Shown here: piece by piece, positions 60,765 through 64,000 of the stretch
How the letters are laid out: every line of letters starts with the position of its first letter
Numbering within the stretch: position 1 is the stretch's first letter
NCBI GenBank assembly: GCA_963666205.1
Contig: OY762654.1
Span: 160,001 to 224,000, forward strand
Source: Synergistales bacterium
GTDB taxonomy: Bacteria > Synergistota > Synergistia > Synergistales > JAFGMB01
DNA length: 64,000 nt
Direction of reading: 5' to 3'
Position numbers and translations under genes: made by a program
The notes under the pieces: generated by a model
Told to the model about the DNA's origin: nothing
The model's database searches: none
What the model saw: the letters and a program-made list of their open reading frames with translations, nothing else

Positions 60765-60769
60765 TATTG

Positions 60770-61246
60770 CTACCTCCAGTAACGTTCCTTTAAAGATTTC
60801 AAGGTTCTTTTACCGTCTGGACACAAAAGAAGGTAAACAAGACTTGCTGCTACCAGACCTGATGCGAAAACGCTCAGAACTCCAGAAAACCCGAGATGGT
60901 ACAGTGCTACCAGCCCTGCAACAACAACACCTGTAAGTATGGGACGTGACCCTTTGATAAATTGAAGAAAGGGATTAATCCTGCTGGATCTCTGACCCCA
61001 GGATATTTTGGGTCTAAGCCCCGTAGGTTCAAAGATCTTGCTGATCTTTTCCTCGATAAGATCTACTTCAAGGGTGCTGTGGATATCAGGCAGGGTTAAA
61101 GTAGTGAGGACTTCATCCGTATCAGAGGACAGTCCAACATCTTCACACTCATAACCACTAGGCAACATGCCGGCTATGAAGTTCTTGAGTCCTTCTTTGC
61201 CAAGAAGCAGATTTCCAGTTTTTGTTCTTTTCCATAGCAGATACAT
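60770..61246 (-). CDS. Hypothetical membrane protein (soluble N-domain + C-terminal TM hairpin) between asp23 and nusB
   Basis: Two hydrophobic segments near the C-terminus; RBS before ATG 61246; occupies the amaP/DUF2273 position. Confidence 0.7.
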   Translation of the reverse strand: MYLLWKRTKTGNLLLGKEGLKNFIAGMLPSGYECEDVGLSSDTDEVLTTLTLPDIHSTLEVDLIEEKISKIFEPTGLRPKISWGQRSSRINPFLQFIKGSRPILTGVVVAGLVALYHLGFSGVLSVFASGLVAASLVYLLLCPDGKRTLKSLKERYWR

Positions 61247-61314
61247 GATGCACCGCCTCAAATTCAAAAAAGGCCGATACTCCCTGAAACCGACCTTAAT
61301 CTCAGGATTATCCT

Positions 61315-61848
61315 CTAGACCTCTTCCGTTTCACCTTCAATAGTGCCAGTTTCAACAACCTTTTCTTCTTCTACCGGCGCTTCAGGGGAAGTATCAGGTT
61401 CATCATCCACAGGAATATCTTCAGCAAAATAGACACCCTGTACGTTAACATTAACAGCTTTGACAAGGTAACCCGTGAGTTCTTCAAGCTGGTTCTTTAC
61501 GCACTCCTGAACATCCCATGCAATATCAGGGATCCGAAGTCCGTATTTAACCATTACATATACATCGACTGTGATCTCTGAGCCGGCAGCACTCTCATCC
61601 ACAGAGATCCTGACACCTTCTGTGGCTTTTCTTCCAAGACCAAGCTTTGATGCAAGTCCCGGACTTCCGGCCTGTACCCCCTTGATGGTAGCAAGTGATC
61701 GTTTGGCCAACTCCGTAATGACATCTTCGGAGATATGAACGCTGCCCTGAACGGATTTGGGCTCTTCCTGCGTGATCTCCTCTTCCATCTCAAAGACCTT
61801 TTCTTCTTCTGGAAACTGGGATTCCATTTGCTCTTTCATTCCGTCCAT
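61315..61848 (-). CDS. Asp23/Gls24 family envelope stress protein
   Basis: GSVHISEDVI..GV..KYG..IP..VQ..V...LE.LTG..V..VNVNV; acidic tails. Confidence 0.92.
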   Translation of the reverse strand: MDGMKEQMESQFPEEEKVFEMEEEITQEEPKSVQGSVHISEDVITELAKRSLATIKGVQAGSPGLASKLGLGRKATEGVRISVDESAAGSEITVDVYVMVKYGLRIPDIAWDVQECVKNQLEELTGYLVKAVNVNVQGVYFAEDIPVDDEPDTSPEAPVEEEKVVETGTIEGETEEV

Positions 61849-61862
61849 CTGTCACCCTCCTG

Positions 61863-62270
61863 TCATTTAACTTCTGGTTGTACAAAATCCTCCCCACAGG
61901 CTGGACACTGCAGCATCTCACCCTCTTCATAAGATCCGGGTTCAAAGTAGAAAATGTGACCACACTTGGGGCAGGCTACTGATTCATATATTTCGTCATA
62001 TTCCGTTTCTTCTTCCGGCTCTTCTCCCATAACATCGTAAAAGTCATCTTCGAGAGACTCGAGATCTTCATCGATCTGATCCAGATCATCGGAGAGTTCA
62101 TCATAAAGATCCCTCAGTTCTTCACCCATCTCAGTCTGTTCCACAACTTCATGGGCAAGAGAATCAAGAGCTTCCACAATTGCCGCATAAACCTTTTTCT
62201 GATTTTCATCAGCAATTTCCAGACCATCAAGAAGTCCCTTGAGGTATGCTATTTTTTCCAAGGCACCCAT
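61863..62270 (-). CDS. Acidic CD1247-like protein with C-terminal zinc ribbon
   Basis: EKIAYLKGLLDG N-terminus, acidic coiled coil, CPKC..CPAC; downstream of efp. Confidence 0.8.
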   Translation of the reverse strand: MGALEKIAYLKGLLDGLEIADENQKKVYAAIVEALDSLAHEVVEQTEMGEELRDLYDELSDDLDQIDEDLESLEDDFYDVMGEEPEEETEYDEIYESVACPKCGHIFYFEPGSYEEGEMLQCPACGEDFVQPEVK

Positions 62271-62313
62271 ACATTTCACCCCTGACTTTTATTTCTCAAA
62301 TTGATGTGAATTA

Positions 62314-62886
62314 CTACTTTTTAGATCTTTCGAGATATTGACCTGTCCTTGTATCGACAACTATGGAATCACCGACATTGACGAAAACCGGAACAGTTAT
62401 GGTTATTCCCGTTTCAAGAGTTGCAGGTTTACCACCTCCCGAAACGGTATCACCCTTAAAGGCAGGAGATGTCTCAATTACTTTGAGAACCACATTTTTG
62501 GGAAGTTCCACCCCTACAACTTTGTTTTCATGAAGTTCGAGCATAACTTCCAGGTTATCAGTAAGATAGTTAGTTACCGGACCCAGGACTTCATTGGAAA
62601 TATAGATCTGATCATATGTTTCCAGATCCATAAAAACATAATGATCTCCATCCTGAAAAATGAACTGTGCCGCTTTTTCGTCAAAGATTATCCTTTCAAA
62701 TTTTTCGCCTGAACGGAAAGAATTCTCGATTATCGAACCTGTATCGAGGTTCTTCAGTTTGGTCTTGATCACAGCTCCACCTCTGCCCATTTTGTGGTGC
62801 TGGTAATCAAGTATCTCCCAGATAGCATCCTGCCATTTAATTTTCATGCCAGAATAGAAATCAGAAGTATCAACCACTAAAGCCAT
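62314..62886 (-). CDS. efp: Elongation factor P
   Basis: HHKMGRGGA tip loop, FMDLETYDQ, KGDT..KPATLETG, VDTRTG.YLER. Confidence 0.97.
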   Translation of the reverse strand: MALVVDTSDFYSGMKIKWQDAIWEILDYQHHKMGRGGAVIKTKLKNLDTGSIIENSFRSGEKFERIIFDEKAAQFIFQDGDHYVFMDLETYDQIYISNEVLGPVTNYLTDNLEVMLELHENKVVGVELPKNVVLKVIETSPAFKGDTVSGGGKPATLETGITITVPVFVNVGDSIVVDTRTGQYLERSKK

Positions 62887-62927
62887 ATATTTCATCCTCC
62901 TAGATCATGTAACATACTAATATCAGT

Positions 62928-62956
62928 AGAATACAGCATTTCACCCTTTTGTGCAA
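62928..62956 (-). promoter_or_regulatory. Putative sigma70 promoter of efp
   Basis: TTGCAC-17 bp-TATTCT. Confidence 0.5.
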
Positions 62957-62991
62957 AAAAAATCTGAGAGGAACAAAGGTTCCTCTCAGAT
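62955..62991 (-). terminator. Intrinsic terminator after the secretin gene
   Basis: ATCTGAGAGGAAC/GTTCCTCTCAGAT 13-bp stem followed by a U-tract on the minus strand. Confidence 0.85.
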
Positions 62992-63009
62992 CCCTGATTC
63001 AGATTCGAA

Positions 63010-63999
63010 TTATAGCTGGAGTTCCTCAATCGGTCCATCAGGAGTTTCAAGGATATAGGGTATTACGATAATAGCAACCTCGGTTTTGGTGTTTGTGTGT
63101 GATGTATTCTTGAAAAGCTCACCAAGAAGGGGAATATCACCCAGGATGGGAAGCTTTGTCTGTTCGGTCGTGTCACTTTCCTTGTCAAGGCCTCCTATAA
63201 CAAAGGGTTCACCATTCCTTACCCTGACCATGGTTTCAACTTCCCGGGTACTGGTCTGTGGAAATTCTTCGCCCTGGGAACCGCTATAAGTACCGATGAT
63301 CTCACCTGTCTGGACACTAAGCTCAACAGTAATGATTCCATCCCGGCCTATTGTGGGGGTGCATTCAAGCTGTGGACCAACCTGTTCTTCATCATAGGTG
63401 GGATTACCAGCATCATCACGTTCAGATATGTACTTGTAATTTTCTACCAGTTTGATGGTAGCCGTACCACCGTCCACTGTTATTACAGAAGGATCAGCAA
63501 GTACATTACCCTTGTTCTCTGTCACCAGCATGTTGATACCGGCATCAAGCAGTTTTACAGAGCTTCCGGCGACATCTTCAAGATCAACGTTCACTGGACT
63601 GGTAGCCCTGTCATTATCAGGATCGTAGGCTGCAGAACCATCTTGATTGACTGATACTCCACCAAAAGCAAGACCGCCTGAACTGTAGTTGAGGAACCAG
63701 TTCTTGTATACACCGGCCAGAATGCTTTCCAGATCTTTCTTGCCGGTATCCGTAACTTCAATGATCCTCGCCTTCAACATCACCTGTTTTCCGGGATGAT
63801 CAATACGCTTTAGCACCTTGGACACCTTGATAAACTGGTCATCACGAGCTGTAACATAGATAGTCCGGAGGCGTTCATCTACCACGACCTGGTTTACTCC
63901 GGCAAGGCCCTGGAGAAGTCCTCCAACAGTCTTGGGATCGGCATAACCGATACGATAAGACATGGTCTTTTCCCTGCCAAGGGTTTTACCCAGATTGTC
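63010..63999 (-). CDS. Secretin (PilQ/GspD family), C-terminal part; 5' end outside window
   Basis: QVMLKARIIEV, VLADPSVIT, VRNGEPFVIGGL, KLPILGDIPLLGELF, IIVIPYI; frame stays open to the window edge. Confidence 0.92.
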   Translation of the reverse strand, partial: DNLGKTLGREKTMSYRIGYADPKTVGGLLQGLAGVNQVVVDERLRTIYVTARDDQFIKVSKVLKRIDHPGKQVMLKARIIEVTDTGKKDLESILAGVYKNWFLNYSSGGLAFGGVSVNQDGSAAYDPDNDRATSPVNVDLEDVAGSSVKLLDAGINMLVTENKGNVLADPSVITVDGGTATIKLVENYKYISERDDAGNPTYDEEQVGPQLECTPTIGRDGIITVELSVQTGEIIGTYSGSQGEEFPQTSTREVETMVRVRNGEPFVIGGLDKESDTTEQTKLPILGDIPLLGELFKNTSHTNTKTEVAIIVIPYILETPDGPIEELQL

Positions 64000-64000
64000 C

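Overview
Core-chromosome window from an anaerobic, probably diderm bacterium. Gene content and synteny suggest Synergistota, but this is inference and not a taxonomic search. About 56 protein-coding genes are present, nearly all on the minus strand; only cysS, clpB and gpt are on the plus strand. Contents: rimP-nusA-ylxR-L7Ae-infB (partial); guaB; ispDF; PIN/TRAM; recR/ybaB/rlmH; a complete A/V-type ATPase operon headed by a CBS-domain gene and a WecA/TagO-like + TagA fusion; serS; ribDEAH; uvrC; cysS; queT; clpB with CtsR-type operators; a purine-nucleoside ABC transporter and salvage cluster; tRNA-Sec; xerD; a Vor-type 2-oxoacid:ferredoxin oxidoreductase with an uncharacterised P-loop NTPase; fmt/def/rpsA/ispH/miaA/mutL/mutS/yqgF/alaS; an mtaD-ahcY-mtnA SAM-byproduct salvage cluster; xseA/nusB/asp23/efp; and the 3' part of a secretin. 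I found no mobile element, prophage or CRISPR array. The best leads are: (1) a TagA glycosyltransferase fused to an apparently catalytically dead WecA/TagO-like membrane domain, leading the CBS + A/V-ATPase transcript; (2) a probable deamination-first (S-inosylhomocysteine) SAH/MTA recycling route; (3) a c-subunit with a second membrane Glu; (4) the NTPase coupled to Vor. All calls come from motif recognition by eye; no searches were run.
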